In this document: in pieces, positions 50,301-64,000 of the stretch | Numbering within the stretch: the first letter of the stretch is position 1 | Layout: each line of letters opens with the position of its first letter | Source of the DNA: Takakia lepidozioides | Lineage: Eukaryota; Plantae; Bryophyta | DNA length: 64,000 bases | Assembly (NCBI GenBank): GCA_030704615.1 | Contig: CM060731.1 | Span: forward strand, 61,380,001-61,444,000 | Reading direction: 5' to 3' | The notes under the pieces: generated by a model | What the model was told of the DNA's origin: nothing | Database searches by the model: none | Seen by the model: the letters and a program-made list of their open reading frames with translations, nothing else | Made by a program: the position numbers and the translations under genes

Positions 50301-50882
50301 CCCTCCAAACATAGGGCAATATAGTGAAGTAATACGATAGGTTACACTGCTAGGTTACACTGGCTTCGGCAAGAGTCTTGCTATGTCTTTTACTCAAACA
50401 TGGAGCCCATCTTGAAATGGGGCAAGGGGAAGAGTTTCTTATTTACACTAACTTTGTTTGGCCGCATATGTAGGGAGAAGATGTTGACGGGCGGCATAAT
50501 TAGGAGCCACTTCACCTAGAGGCTCTTATTTACGCTAAGAATATACGAAAGAATATACGAAAGAAGATGGAGAGCGCCGCAATGAACGTCCGCGTCTGAC
50601 TGGGTCCACTGCGGACCCTTCAAGGTCTGCACCAAACGGGGCGATTTGACGCGTCTTGCCAACAATCCCAGCACATCCGTTATGTATATATAGCACTCAA
50701 CACCTCCCTTCTTCTCAACACTCGATTTTCGACTCTGATCTTCTCTCTAGCGGACACGCATCGTTTCTTCGAGCTGTCCTCTCAACTCTACTTGAGTCTC
50801 CTTGTTGAATACCGAATCTCTTTCAGTATAAGAGGTTATAGTCGGACCAGTATATACTCGTGATCTCTTCTGATCCAGAGAC

Positions 50883-51563
50883 ATGGGAAGAAGTAGCTCG
50901 ACAGGTGCCACTTTGGTAGTACTAGCTGCGTTTCTGGTCCAGATAGCTCTCGCACCAGTGATGGTCACGGCATCCGATTCTGATCCACTGCAGGCTTTCT
51001 GTGTTGCGGACCTGGCCAACACAATCACAATAAATGGTCTAGTATGCAAAAACCCAACAACGGTGACCGAAAATGACTTTGTCTTCCACGGCTTGGCCAA
51101 GGCAGGAAACACGGCCGTTGCCTCTGGAAGTGCTGTGACGCCAGCGTTCGTGACTACATTTCCAGGTCTCAACACATTGGGCATCGCCATGGCACGCCTA
51201 GACTTTGCACAAGGAGGCCTCGTGACACCCCACACACACCCACGGGCAACAGAGATTCTATTTGTGGTGGAAGGTTCTCTGTATGTGGGATTTGTGGACA
51301 CTAGAAACAAGCTCTTTGCAACCACTCTGCAGAAGGGTGATGTTTTCGTGTTCCCAAGAGGTCTTGTGCACTTCGAGCTCAACGTGGGCAACGGGCCAGC
51401 TTTGGCTATCGCAGCACTCAACAGCCAGAATCCTGGTGTGCAAGCCATCCCTGCTGCTTTGTTTGGTTCCCACATCAGCGACGTTGTGCTGCAGAAAGCG
51501 TTCAGCGTGGATGAGAAGGCAGTGCAGTATTTGAAGTCTAAGTTTACTCCAAAGTCCTCGTAG
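50883..51563 (+). CDS. GLP: Germin-like protein (cupin), single exon, with signal peptide
   Basis: SDSDPLQAFCVAD, PGLNTLGI, PHTHPRATEI, GDVFVFPRGLVHF; TATA-like sequence at ~50685. Confidence 0.96.
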   Translation: MGRSSSTGATLVVLAAFLVQIALAPVMVTASDSDPLQAFCVADLANTITINGLVCKNPTTVTENDFVFHGLAKAGNTAVASGSAVTPAFVTTFPGLNTLGIAMARLDFAQGGLVTPHTHPRATEILFVVEGSLYVGFVDTRNKLFATTLQKGDVFVFPRGLVHFELNVGNGPALAIAALNSQNPGVQAIPAALFGSHISDVVLQKAFSVDEKAVQYLKSKFTPKSS

Positions 51564-52679
51564 TGTATCAATTGCGATATTGATAACACAGTACGTGTTG
51601 TGTATTTATAAGGACAGTTCAAGTCCTGCATTCTTTGACCCAATTGGGGCACATAATGTTTCAAATAAAAATGGATGTCTAAATCCTGAAATTCGTTCAT
51701 GGGTGTGGAATGGTGTGTCTCACAGATAACCCATTTTGAATTCAACGCTCTGCTGCAAAATTGGGGAATTTACGAATTTACTACTTCAGTGTCTATTCCA
51801 AGACAGTCTAACTGGTCTCTTGGTGATGCGGTTTTCCCAGGGGCAGCCTCGGGGATCTTTTGGTGGGTATGTACTCCTGAGGACGAAGCATTGGACTGTA
51901 TTTGGGTCCTCAACATCTTTCGTGTTCTCAAATAGAGTGATTGTCTCTCTCACAAATTTCCTCCAAGGACAGGCCAAGGACTTTGGATAATTGAACTTAA
52001 TTCTTGCATGAAGTTCGACTTCAGGAAGTTGGCGTCACGAAATGACGTAAGGGACAACTTCAGTCACTGTATCTGCTCTTGACCTGACAAGGGTGAGCAG
52101 CGTGCATCCCAGATCGGCAGCTGCGTACGTGGTAGCACTCATGGCATTCAACCAGCCCACAACCAACCGTTTGATCAATCCTAGCTTGTTCAGTTGAATG
52201 AGACGTTCGAGAGCAGTCGATTTGGTTCACGTATGAGCTACATTTTCCACTTTCAGTACATAAGTAGCATCAAGGGGAAGTGCTGACATCTGAACATCAC
52301 CTGGGTTTTTCCACCATCACTTAACACAGGTCTCACTGGTGAAAAGGAATAGATCCGTCGCCAAATGCAGCTAGTGTTTCGATCAGCGTCAAATGGTGCC
52401 GGTAACTGCAAGAGCCATGGAATTTGCAGGTTCATCGAGAGGTAAGATTTGGACTTCATATCTGCAATTACTTACGTGTAACATACATAAGCTTGAGCAA
52501 AGGAGCATTCAATAGGCCACAGGTGATGTTGTGGACTCTCAAGGCATACAACATAATTACCTCAGCTTAAGTTATATGTAGAAAGCCGTGAAGGCCAACT
52601 TAACTCAACAAGAGTAGGGCACAGAAGGTGTTAGAATTAGTACTCTGTCAGCATGGCCCACTCGTGAGGTGGCCTCCCA

Positions 52680-55600
52680 TGTTGTTTTTTCTGGTAGAAA
52701 TCGCAGTGTGACCATGTTACTGCAAGTCATCAAGAGTTACGAGTTACACTGATTTATTCTATGATGGAATATCTAAGTCAGGGGCCAACTAGGTTACACT
52801 AGGATTTAACGGAGACATGCAGTTGGCCAAGGTGTTGCTACTGAGTACTATTTACGGATGGATAGTGACAGCATTGTTTTGAATTACTAGACTCCCGCCA
52901 GTGCCGAGCAATCGTTACTACGAATAGTATTTAGGCTTACTACATAGAGTCTTTGAGGTGCTGAAAACTTCTTTGTATGTTGATGCCTGATGGTGGAATT
53001 GCAGTAGTGTAAAGTGCTATGATACCATCGTGTGTTTTGATTGCCTGAATCTTTGAATTGCTGCTCTAGATAGTATTGTGTGCTTTGAGTTTTTCTCCAG
53101 GTTATGGGCCCACAAACGTTTGAAGCTCAGTCACAGAGTGCTTTCGTGAACAATTTTATTTCTGAGAGTTCTTTCTTGATTTTGTTCACGAATGAAACTA
53201 GAACTAGCATAGAGATCTAGGAAATAGCAGCAAAGATGAGTTCAGTTACCACATCGAAAGATGTGATGCAGTTAGAGAGATTTTCAGGAGAGAATTTTTC
53301 TCTATGGAAGTTTCAAATGATGATTCTCCTAAGAGCCAAGAAGCTATGGTCTCTTGTCAGTGGGAAGGATTTGAGAGCAGTGGCCTCGGATAATGACGAA
53401 TTGGATGATAGGGACAGCAATGCCTGCATGTATATTACTCAAGGAGTAGATAAGAATCACCTGCAACAGTTGGTAAACTGCACAACTCAGTAGAGATGTA
53501 GGCGAAACTAGTGGCAGTTCATGAGCAAAATGCTACCGAGAACATTCATGTCTTACAAAGCAAGATGTATCATCTCAAGATGGAAGAAAATGAGAGCATC
53601 TCCAGTTATATCAGCAAGATAGAACTGATGGCAAAACAATTGAGTGATCTTGGTGAGAAGATGACTAAATCAGCTATCATGGAAGATAGTGTGCACTTTA
53701 CCTCCAAGCTATGAGAACATCTTAGATGCATGGGATAGTGTACCCCCTGCAGAGAGGACATTGAACAACTTGCAATCTAGGTTACTCAAGAAAGAAGCGT
53801 TGAGAAAAGCGCGAGGAAACACGGAGGATGTCATGGATAAAGCTTTCTTCACAAAGCATGTCAAAGAAAGACATAACTCATCCATAAGCGGTGGAAGTTT
53901 TCTGACAAAGGAGCAGAAGAAGGAGAGAGCTAAAAGAATAGCGGAGTTAAAAAAAAAAACGAGGTGCAACACCTGCGGTGAAGTTGGGCACTAGGAGCGA
54001 GAATGTACGAAGAGTATCGCTGCTAACATGGTGGAATCCATTAAGATGAGTGATGCCTATGCTACCACTGCATTTCATCATGAAGAAAGAGAGCGTGTCG
54101 ATGATGGCTCAGTGACACAAAGAAGAAACACTGATCAGAACATTGTCAATGATTTGGTAAAGATTGTACATATTAGCAATGCTAATGCAGCAGTGTACAA
54201 CAGCATGTCAATTGGAGAGAAAGTTGGCGATGAAGACGATATATCCTGGTACTCGGACATTGCTGCATCTGAGCACATGACCAACAAGATGCAATGGTTC
54301 AAAAATCTTAAGAAGATTGAATCTCATCGTTGGGAGTACAAGTTGCCACTGATGTTACAGTATGGGCAAGTGGAATAGGGGATATAGATATCCTAACCCT
54401 AGCAGGAAGTGAGTGGAGAAAGGGAACAATACACAACGTGTTGTTTGTACCCGACCTCAGAAAGAATCTGTTCTCAGTAGTGAAGGCTATAGACAGAGAT
54501 TACATCGTCATCTATGATAAGCGTACTTGTAAGCTGTATGCAAATCAGGGAAGGGGACCTCTTATGATGACTGGAATGAGAGAGGGAAACCTTTGGAAAC
54601 TTCAAATCAAAGTGATTACGGGAGAATCTCTGCAAGCAAACATGGTATTGTCGACGGATAATATTCAAGCAAATGTGGCGGTGACAACTGGGGGAGCAAG
54701 TCTTCAAACGTGGCATGATCGACTTGGACACATCAGTGTCAACATGATTAAACAAATGGAGAAAACACAGATCGTCGATGGTATGAAAATACTGAACCCT
54801 AATGCAGATCTGGAGTTCTGTGAAGGTTGTGCCATGGGTAAGAATCACAGAGTTGAGTTTCCAGTAAATGAAGAACGTGAGAGGGTTCAGACTCCTGGAG
54901 AGTTCTACCATGCTTATGTGTGTACAATGAATGTAGACTCGCATGGAGGTTCCAAACATTTTGTCATGTTTAAAGATGATCATAGCAGCTATAGGATCTT
55001 GTATTGCATGAAAACAAAGGAGAAGTTCTCACGTTCTTCAAGCAGCTGTGTGTGGAATCAGAGATAGAGACAGGACATGCAGTGAGAAAGCTTAGAAGCG
55101 ACAGAGGAGGAAAATTCTTGATCGCAAAATTTAAGACTTTCCTTGAAGAAAATGGAATTCGGCAGAAACTTACAGCGCCAAATTCCCCAGAGCAAAATGG
55201 TGTCATCGAAAGGGACAATAGGACTCTGGTTGAAAGAGTTAGATGTATGCTGCAAGCAAAAGGTCTCACTCCTAATTTATGGGCAGAAGCTGCCACTACA
55301 GCTGCATACACCCTAAATCGAACGGGAACCAGGGTGTTGAATGGGAAAACACCTTTGGAGGCCTGGAATGGGAAGAAACCTGACATCAGCCATCTACGAG
55401 TGTTTGGTAGCATGGCATATTCACATTTTCCCAAAGAGCTGAGAAAGAAATTGGATGCCAAGAGCGAAAAGTGCATATTTCTTGGTTACAGTGTGGAATC
55501 TAAGGCGTATCGGCTATGAGATATTGAGCAGCAGCACATAGTCATCAGCCGTGATGTGTTAGTAGATGAGAAGGGTAACCGTAATTCTTCACCCATCAAA

Positions 55601-57983
55601 GAAATGATGAGCAGACCTAACACATGCACTATAGTACTTGAGGGAGTGAGAGACAAAATGGCTCCAGAAGTACAAAATTCTGAGGGGAATACGATTAACC
55701 AGCATAATGAGCATCCTGAGCTTCAGCTAGTAGTGGATCTACCTATTGCCATGGATGAAGGCAAAATTCATGCAGCAAACACAGGGCCTGAGCGGGTTGC
55801 ACCAAGCTTGCAAAGTCAGGGAACAGAAGTACGTCGATTTCGACGGCCACCACAGGCATTCGGCGAGTGGGAGAATAATTACCCTACGTTTGCTGGAATA
55901 ACTGAATACATACCATTACCAGAGGAGCCAAAACGGTATGAGGAGGCGATGATGTCTCCTGATCGAGCTAAGTAGGAGCTAGCAATGAAGGAAGAAATTG
56001 ACTCGTTACACAAAAATGAAACGTGGATGCTTGTTGATCTTCCAAAGGGAAGACACACAGTGAAGTGCAAATGGGTATACAAGGTAAAGCCTCGAGCAGA
56101 TGGGAGTATTGAGAGGTATAAAGCCCGGTTGGTTGCAAAATGATACTCGCAAGAGTATGGAATTGATTTTCAAGAAACTTTTGCCCCCGTTGCGAAATTC
56201 GATTCAATCAGAACCCTATTAGCAGTGGCTGCCGCTGAGGATCTGGAAATGATTCTGTTCGATATAAAAACCGCTTTCCTGCATGGAGAGTTACAGGAGG
56301 AGATATATATGGATCAGCCCAAAGGCTATGTGAAGCCAGGAGAAGAAAAGAAAGTCTGTAGACTATTAAAAAGTTTATATGGACTTCGTCAAGCATCGAG
56401 GGCATGGAACACGAGGTTCAATGATTTTCTGGTCAAATATGACCTGCAACCCAGCGCAGCAAACCCCTGTGTGTATTTTCACAACTCAGCGCCAAAGTTA
56501 TTCACCACCATTTTTGTGGATGACGGGCTAGGTTGCTCGGAGAGCAAAGAAATACTGGATGGTATGATCAGTTTTCTTAACAAGGAATTTGAAGTTAAAG
56601 CTGGAAGCGCCGAATGCTATGTTGGCCTTCACATTGAAAGAAACAGGGGATTGCGATCGATCACCATAGACCAACACCGATACGTGATGTTCATAATCCA
56701 GAAATTTGGATTTGGGGATGCACATATAGTGAGTATACCTGCAGATCCCAATGTGCAGTTGCATCTACCAAGAGGTGAAGATGAAGAAGATGAAGAAGAG
56801 TTTCCTTACCAACAGGCAGTTGGGAGCTTGATGTTCGCCATGATTGGCACACGGCTAGACATTGCATATGCGGTCAGCACTGTGGCCAAGTATTCACAGA
56901 ATCCCAAGCAAATTCATTGCACAGCTGTAAAGACGATATTCAAATATCTCAGGGGGACAACAAACTATCGTCTGTGCTACTCACGTTGCAAGAATTCAAA
57001 CACTCTTACGGCTTTTGCTGATGCTGATTATGCAGGGGACTTGGACGATCGATGATCTAGAAGTGGGAGCGTCGCATTACTCAATCAAGCAACTGTTACG
57101 TGGGTGAACATAAAACAAATGTGCACAGCAGGTTCCACGACAGAGTCAGAGTACATAGCAGCCTGTTTAACTGCAAAGGAGACAATCTGGTTACGAAGGT
57201 TGCTGTCTGATCTTGGGCACACATAGAATGACCCTACTCCCTTATATTCAGATAATCAAAGTGCAATCCGATTGATCTTGAATCCGGAGTTTCATCGAAG
57301 AACAAAGCACATTGATGTGCAATATCATATGCTGCGAGATTTTCAGGCACAGGGTGCAATCCAGATGACGTATATGAACACGAATGCACAGATCGCAGAT
57401 ATCTTAACGAAGCTCTTACCGCTAACAAGTTTAATCGATTCTGTAGCATGCTTGGGCTGATAGAGCAACCAATCTGAGTATGAGTTTTTTGTGCACACAT
57501 TGGCTATTCCTTTTGTTTCATAAGATCTTTTTCTCTTGCCATGGAATAACCAGTGAGTGGGAGTGTTGTTTTTTCTGGTAGAAATCGCAGTGTGACCATG
57601 TTACTGCAAGTCATCAAGAGTTACGAGTTACACTAATTTATTCCATGACGGAATATCTAAGTCAGGGGCCAACTAGGTTACACTAGGATTTAACGGAGAC
57701 ATGCAGTTGGCCAAGGTGTTGCTACTGAGTACTATTTACGGATGGATAGTGACAGCATTATTTTGAATTACTAGACTCCCGCCAGCGCCGAGCAATCGTT
57801 ACTACGAATAGTATTTAGGCTTACTACAAAGAGTCTTTGAAGTGCTGAAAACTTCTTTGTATGTTGATGCCTTATGGTGGAATTGTAGTAGTGTAAAGTG
57901 CTATGATACCATCGTGTGTTTTGATTGCCTGAATCTTTGAATTGCTGTTCTAGATAGTATTGTGTGCTTTGAGTTTTTCTACA
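52680..57983 (+). mobile_element. Full-length, decayed Ty1/copia LTR retrotransposon
   Basis: 420-bp LTRs at 52680-53099 and 57564-57983; TSD TCCCA; PBS GGTTATGGGCCCA; PPT; gag-PR-IN-RT-RH at 53236-57460 with stops. Confidence 0.96.
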
Positions 57984-58010
57984 TCCCATGTGTTATTTAT
58001 TTCAATTTAG

Positions 58011-60233
58011 TGTTAGTCAATACATTAGTTGCTTTCCATATTACATTCCTGGTTTAATGGCTTTCCCCAACCACTATTGTTTACTACTAGTTAATGCACT
58101 CCTTCAGATAAGTAGGCTGCTCTCTAAGGGCTTTGTATTCCGGTTGTATCGATCTACTGTTCAATAAAGCATTCAGGATGCTTAATATGGTGTAGAGCGA
58201 GGGACAACCTTGGGAATCGAAATCGAAGTGTAGGAAGTCACTGTAGAAGACTTCAGAAGTGTAGCTCATTACGCTCCGTCTCATTGACTATGAAGAGTCA
58301 ATTCTTATTTGCTGTTTCTTCTTATTTCTTCTTCTTCTTCCTCCTCTTCGTATCTTTCTTTTTCTTTTTCTTGAAATATACTAACATCATTGCTCAAGAT
58401 GTCGATGCCACGAGATGCAGTCCATCAAATCCATGTCTCGGAGTCGAGTAAACTTGTTGGGCAGCAGAACTGGAACATCTGGAAGTTCGAACTCTGAACC
58501 ATGATGCTCAGAGAGGAACTAGTTCCCTTCTTAGACACCAATATTTCACCTCTTGAGGGACAACTAGAAGCTCACAACAAGAGAAAGAACATAGCTCTTT
58601 CTATCATTTGTATGTCTCTCTCTGATAAGGTCATTCCTTACATACAAGATATTACATGTCCCAGGAAGATGTATGTGAAGCTTTGTGAGCTTTATGAGGT
58701 CAAGGCCACTTCCAGGATGCTGATGCTACGAAATCACCTCGTGAACCTACGAATGGAGGAAGGCGCGCCTATGGAAATATTCATTGAAACAGTATCTGAC
58801 CTTGTGAATCAACTTGCAGGATTCGGAGATAAGATGGACGAGGAAATGATGGTCGAAATGGTGCCCAATGCCTTGCCAGAAAGCTACGAGCATTATGTTC
58901 AAGTTGTATTGAGCCAGAAGAAGTTGCCGACCTTAGAGGAGATCACTGCTAAACTCCTTCACGAGGAGTCTCGAAGAGACTTGCGAGGGCGTCAGCAGAA
59001 GGAAACTGAAGCTCTCTATGTTAATTTCCGGAAGATGAATGGTCCTAGCCGTCGTTCTGGAGGTGACAAAAGAGGCTCCAGAGCTCCAATCGATAAGAAG
59101 AATTCCACATGCAATCGTTGTGGAAAGTCTGGTCATTGGGCTAAAGACTGTGCTGTTCCATATGATCAGGTTCTTAAACTTCGCTCACAACAAGTCAATC
59201 TTGTTGAAGATGATAGCGATATTGACTGTAGTGATGTCAGTGAAGTACTCGAAGCAGCTTTAGCAGCCGTAGAAATTCGAGAAAAAGATGAAGTAGTGTC
59301 AGCAGAGATCACTGATCAAGACGAATGGTTTGTTGACTCCGGTGCTACAAAACACGTCACAGGAAATTCCGATCTTTTGCATGATGTGGTAGCATGTGGA
59401 AGCTCACACAATGTGAAATCGGCTGGTGGTTGCACACAATGTTCTTGGCAAAGGCCATGCCAAAATGAGACTGAATGGTTCAATAAAAAAGATCGCTGAC
59501 GTTCTCTACGTACCTGGTATAAGACGAAACTTACTTTCAATAGGGGCCATGACGGACAGTGGACATTTAGCAATCTTTGATTCTAGAAAGTGCTTATTTA
59601 TAGATAGGAAGGACCCTACCAATCATAGCTCAAGGGTTCTAGAGATAATCGGAATGGCTTATATAGACTAGATACCAGTAAGTTTCTTGGAAACCGCAGC
59701 TTAGATACTAGAAAAGACATGGAAGTAAATGCCTGTGATGAGGTTATTACACCACACATAGATTATCATAGAATGACTCAACTTTGGCATCGACGCTTGG
59801 GTCACCTAAATTTTCAGGGGGTCCACCGGTTATCAACTCAACGACGAGCTATGGGTATACCACACCTTCCACTTCTCACATAAACATGCACGGGTTGCTT
59901 ACTAGGGAAACATCAACGAAAGAAATTTCCAAAGGAAGCTGAACATTGAGCTACTGATATACTCCAACTGCTACACACGGACCTCTGCGGTCCTCTGCAA
60001 ACACCATCACTCTCTGGCTCAAAATACTTCATGGCCATAACTGATGATTATAGCCGAGGAGAGGATGAGGCTCTACAAAGCTTCAAGACTTTCGGAAACA
60101 TGATCGAGAATACGACTACGACTGGCAAGACGATCAAATGTTTGAGAACAGATCGTGGTGGTGAATTTATGTCTCATGCTTTCATCAAATATCTCCATGA
60201 GCATGGGATTACACGGCAGCTCAGTCAGCCTCG
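58011..60233 (+). mobile_element. Ty1/copia element (probable LTR 58011-58386, gag-PR-IN), interrupted in integrase
   Basis: TGTTAGT...ACTAACA; CNRCGKSGHWAKDC; WFVDSGATKH; LRTDRGGEF. Confidence 0.85.
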
Positions 60234-63200
60234 TGAAGGAATACATCTATAATTCTCTGTCAGTGTATAGTGTAGGATGTACTAGATTATAGATTAAGGA
60301 TGTGCAGTTACATCCAAGTCTTACATCTGAAGTGTTTAGGTGGTTGAAGTCACCAAGGAGTGTGGAACGGTACAGAGTTCAATAGTTGAGTAGATGTAGA
60401 ACCACCAGACTCAGCCGAGACACAGAGAGTGCAGATCTCTCTTGTGAACACTTTCTCTCTTGATGTAAGATCTATTTAATCTAGTTCTATGTTTTACACG
60501 ATTATGTGTGTGATTGACTCTGGATAGAATAGGTGTTTTCATATGGTATCAGAGCCATGGTTGTGGCTCGGGAGAGAGTGTCACTAATGAGAACGAACTA
60601 ATAATTTCGAGACACACAATGAAATTAAAAGGAGTCGATAGAGTTTGGAGGAGAGAACTAACAATTCTCCACGATGCATCAGGGTGGAAGAATTCTGTTT
60701 CTTATAGAAGAACACAAGTTCTAACATGGCCTGAATTATGTGATGTTCATGCTTTCTTGGAAAGTGATAATTGATTGAGAGACTGGAATGGCTCAAAAAG
60801 TAGATGTGAGCAATATTCCTAAGTTTGACGGCACATACTCCCATGTGTGGAAGCATAGAGTAACACTACTGTTAAAAGCAGAAAAACTATGGGATCTAGT
60901 CGTAGGGACAGAGTTAAAACCAGTGGCTCCCACGGCAGCACAGATTGCTGTTGGGCAGCAAGCGCTTCCAGCCACAGGTGTTGGGAGTATAGTGAACTGG
61001 GAAGAGAGAGATGCCCTCTCACTCACCATAATTAATAACTGCTTGGACAATAGTGTAATGTCACATGTACAGTCGTGTACATCAGCTTTTGAAGCATACC
61101 GAGAGTTGACAAGGTTATATGAATCAAAGGATGCAGTAACCAAAATGTACCTTAGAGACAAAATTCAAACTTAAAAATGAAAGAGAATGAAAATGTCACT
61201 AAGCATATACATGTCTTCAGATCTTTGCTAGAACGGCTTTCCGCTGCTGGTTCCCCTGTGTCAGACGAGGATGTTGTCTTATCCGTAATGAAGAGTATGC
61301 CGATGAGTTATCGGACAAGGCTCTTTTAGGAGACAGCCGAATATAAGTCTATAGTCTTTAATTACAGACTTAATACAAGAGGAAATTTTAATGATGAGTC
61401 TTGGACCTGCTACAATGTCAAAAACTGCATTATATCCTGGACAGAAGTCTAGTACATATACTAGTTTTAATATGAAGAAGCAAAATGAGGACAAAAGTAG
61501 TGTCAAAAAGGAGGATGGCGAAGGATCAAACTCAAATAAAGGAAAGAAGAAACAAATCAAGTGTTTTTTCTGTAAGAAGTTTGGACATATGATTAAGGAT
61601 TGTAGGAATAGGATTGCAGCTGAAGCAACAAATAAACAAGCAACACAAGGACATGTTGCAGTCGAAGGCAATCAGCTCTATGTAACAGCGATGATCATAA
61701 GTAAAGGGAAAGATTCAACTTGGTATGTGGACACAGGAGCCACACATCACATGGCGTATGACATACACACTTTTGCGACATACAAAGAGTGGAGACAGGG
61801 ACAAGTTGTCTATTTAGGGGATGACTCAACACATGAAATAGCAGGCCAAAGGTCAGCCATTGTGTTGTTGTGCAATGGACATCGAAGGGAGGTACCTGAC
61901 GTGCTCCATGTGCCAGGTCTGAAGAAGAATTTATTTTCTATTAAGCAATTAGACCTAGCTGGGGGAGAGATGAACATAAAAGAAGGTTGCTGTAACCTGA
62001 AGAATTCCAAGGGAAATCTCATAGCAAAGTGTGAGATAGAGAACGAACTCTATAAGCTAGGAACTGCATTACAAAACTCACAAGTCATGGCAATGCCAAC
62101 TGTCTTAGAGACTAACAAGGCAAACCTATGGCACTGTAGATTAGGTCATATGAACCAAGCTAGAATGCATTAGATGCAAACTAACTCAATGGTTAGAGGG
62201 TTGGATTCAGTAGATGTTAGGAAACTAACATTATGTAGAGATTGCATCTCAGGAAAACAACACTGAGAGAAATTCCCTGTAGAGGGAGGCACGAGAGCTA
62301 CTGAACTGTTAGGCCTCGTACATACTAACATTTGTGGACCGATGCAAACTCTCACACACAACGGTTTTAAGTATTTCATCACATTTATAGATGATGTTTC
62401 AAGGTTTATTGTTGTTTATTTGTTAAAACAAAAGTCAGAGGCATTTGAGAGGTTTAAACAGTATAAGTTACTGGTTGAAAATCAGCTAAGTAAGAATATC
62501 AAGGTTCTAAGGGCTGATGGGGGTGGTGAATACATTTCTAATGAGTTTAATTTATTCTGTCAAGAGAGTGGCATAAAGAGGCAGTTTATTGTAGCAGGAA
62601 CACCACAACAGAATGGGATGTCTGAGAAGAAAAATAGGACCTTAGTGGAAGCAGTACTTTCCATGCTACACCATGCTAGCTTACCAAATGTCTATTGGGG
62701 TGAAGCTCTTATGACTGCCACATACCTACAGAATAGGTCACCAACCAAAGCTCTACAGAATAACAAAACACCCATAGAGTTATGGACAGGTGTGAAACCT
62801 GATGTATCACACTTGAAAGTCTTTGGCTGTAGAGCCTTTGCACTAGTACAGAAGGATAATAGACGCAAACTAGACTCACACACTGTCGAGTGTACATTTT
62901 TGGGCTATAGTGAATAGACTAAGGGTTACAGATTAATGACCAAACAAAAGACAATTATCATTTCCGGAGATGTGATATTCCATGATGATAGTAATGACAC
63001 AGTGGGAGATGCTATAGAAGAAGGAACACAAGCAGACAAAGATTCAATGCTATTAGATCGATATTTCTTTAAGCAATATGCAAACACTAATAATTTACCA
63101 CTTCCTCGCACTCACATAGTACCACAAAACACTCACACAAGTCCAAGTGTGCAACCTTCTCAAATACCCTCTCAGTTTCCTAGGCCAAGTCAAGTAGTGG

Positions 63201-64000
63201 GAGCACTACCATCACCACTGAGCACAGGTTCAATTTATCAGCCTTATGATGACATAGAGGATATAGTGAGAGAAAATACCTCACCCATCGTAGGGAGGGA
63301 TTCAAGACAGGCCAGGAGAGAGACATCAAGCTCACCAGGAAATAGACGAGCTACTAGAATCAAGAAACCACCTGATAGGTTGATTGAGAGTATAGAAGGT
63401 AGGAAACCCTGGAGAGCACTTTTGACACAAGCTTCTGTAAACGAACCTGTTACCTTGAAGGAGGCTTTATCTTGTTCCGAAGCGGAACAATGGAAGAATG
63501 CTATAGATTTTGAGCTGGAATCTTTAAAAAGAAACAAAACATGGACAGCCATGAAGCTACCAGAGAATAGAAAACCTATAGGTTGTAAATGGCTGTTCAA
63601 AGTAAAACTTCGGGCAGATGGGAGTGTGGATCGCTATAAAGCAAGATTGGTAGCAAAATGATACTCACACATCTGGACTAGATTATACAAAGACCTTTTC
63701 ACCAGTAGTCAAATTAGCATCTATACGAGTGATACTTGCGCTTGCGGCTCAGTTTGATTTGGAAGTTCAACAACTTGATGTTAAGACTGCCTTCTTGAAT
63801 GGCTTCATAGAATAAGACATTTATATGGAGTTCCCAGAAGGAGTCATACAAGAGAGCAAATCTGGTTTAGCTTGTAAGCTGAACAAATCACTTTACGGGC
63901 TCAAGCAATCATCACGGGCATGGTACCCAAAGATTTGACACCTATTTGATGACAATAGGGTTTGATCGAAGCGTAGTTGATTCGAACGTCTACGTGCAGT
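60234..64000 (+). mobile_element. Nested Ty1/copia element running off the window
   Basis: LTR 60234-60541 (TGAA...TTCA); PBS TGGTATCAGAGCC (tRNA-iMet); CFFCKKFGHMIKDC, WYVDTGAT, RADGGGEY, RYKARLVAK. Confidence 0.93.

Noticed and set aside
50747-51745. 332-aa minus-strand ORF
   Set aside because: Antisense shadow of the germin-like gene with no recognisable domain.

Overview
Repeat-rich eukaryotic DNA, most likely from a non-seed land plant (spliceosomal introns, PLS-type PPR remnants, germin-like gene, Ty1/copia with a half-tRNA PBS). The only clearly intact host gene is a germin-like protein (50883-51563); the rest is nested mobile DNA. Two unusual systems stand out. (1) A Mutator-like DNA transposon (2119-~15727) encodes a GCM-like/DDE/SWIM transposase and, divergently, an intron-containing gene fusing a ParB/Srx-like domain to a beta-class amino (N6A/N4C-type) DNA methyltransferase domain. 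A diverged second copy of that gene lies at ~25986-44560. Each copy is associated with arrays of its own long palindrome (GGAAATTCGGCGCCGAATTTCC versus AAACAGTGTGCGG-CA-CCGCACACTGTTT), found upstream of the gene and inside the same homologous intron, which suggests cognate protein/site pairs. (2) Two copies of a Ty3/gypsy-type retrotransposon (758-20993 and ~28175-41904) have Ngaro-like split direct repeats (A...B-A-B) and 4-bp TSDs. Between them the copies show a DDE integrase, a C5 cytosine methyltransferase between protease and RT, a C-terminal PHD finger and an apparent self-priming site. The second copy carries two internal inversions that can be reconstructed from TSDs and reading frames. 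Three copia elements fill the right end. Most coding regions have frameshifts or stops, and all functional claims are inference.
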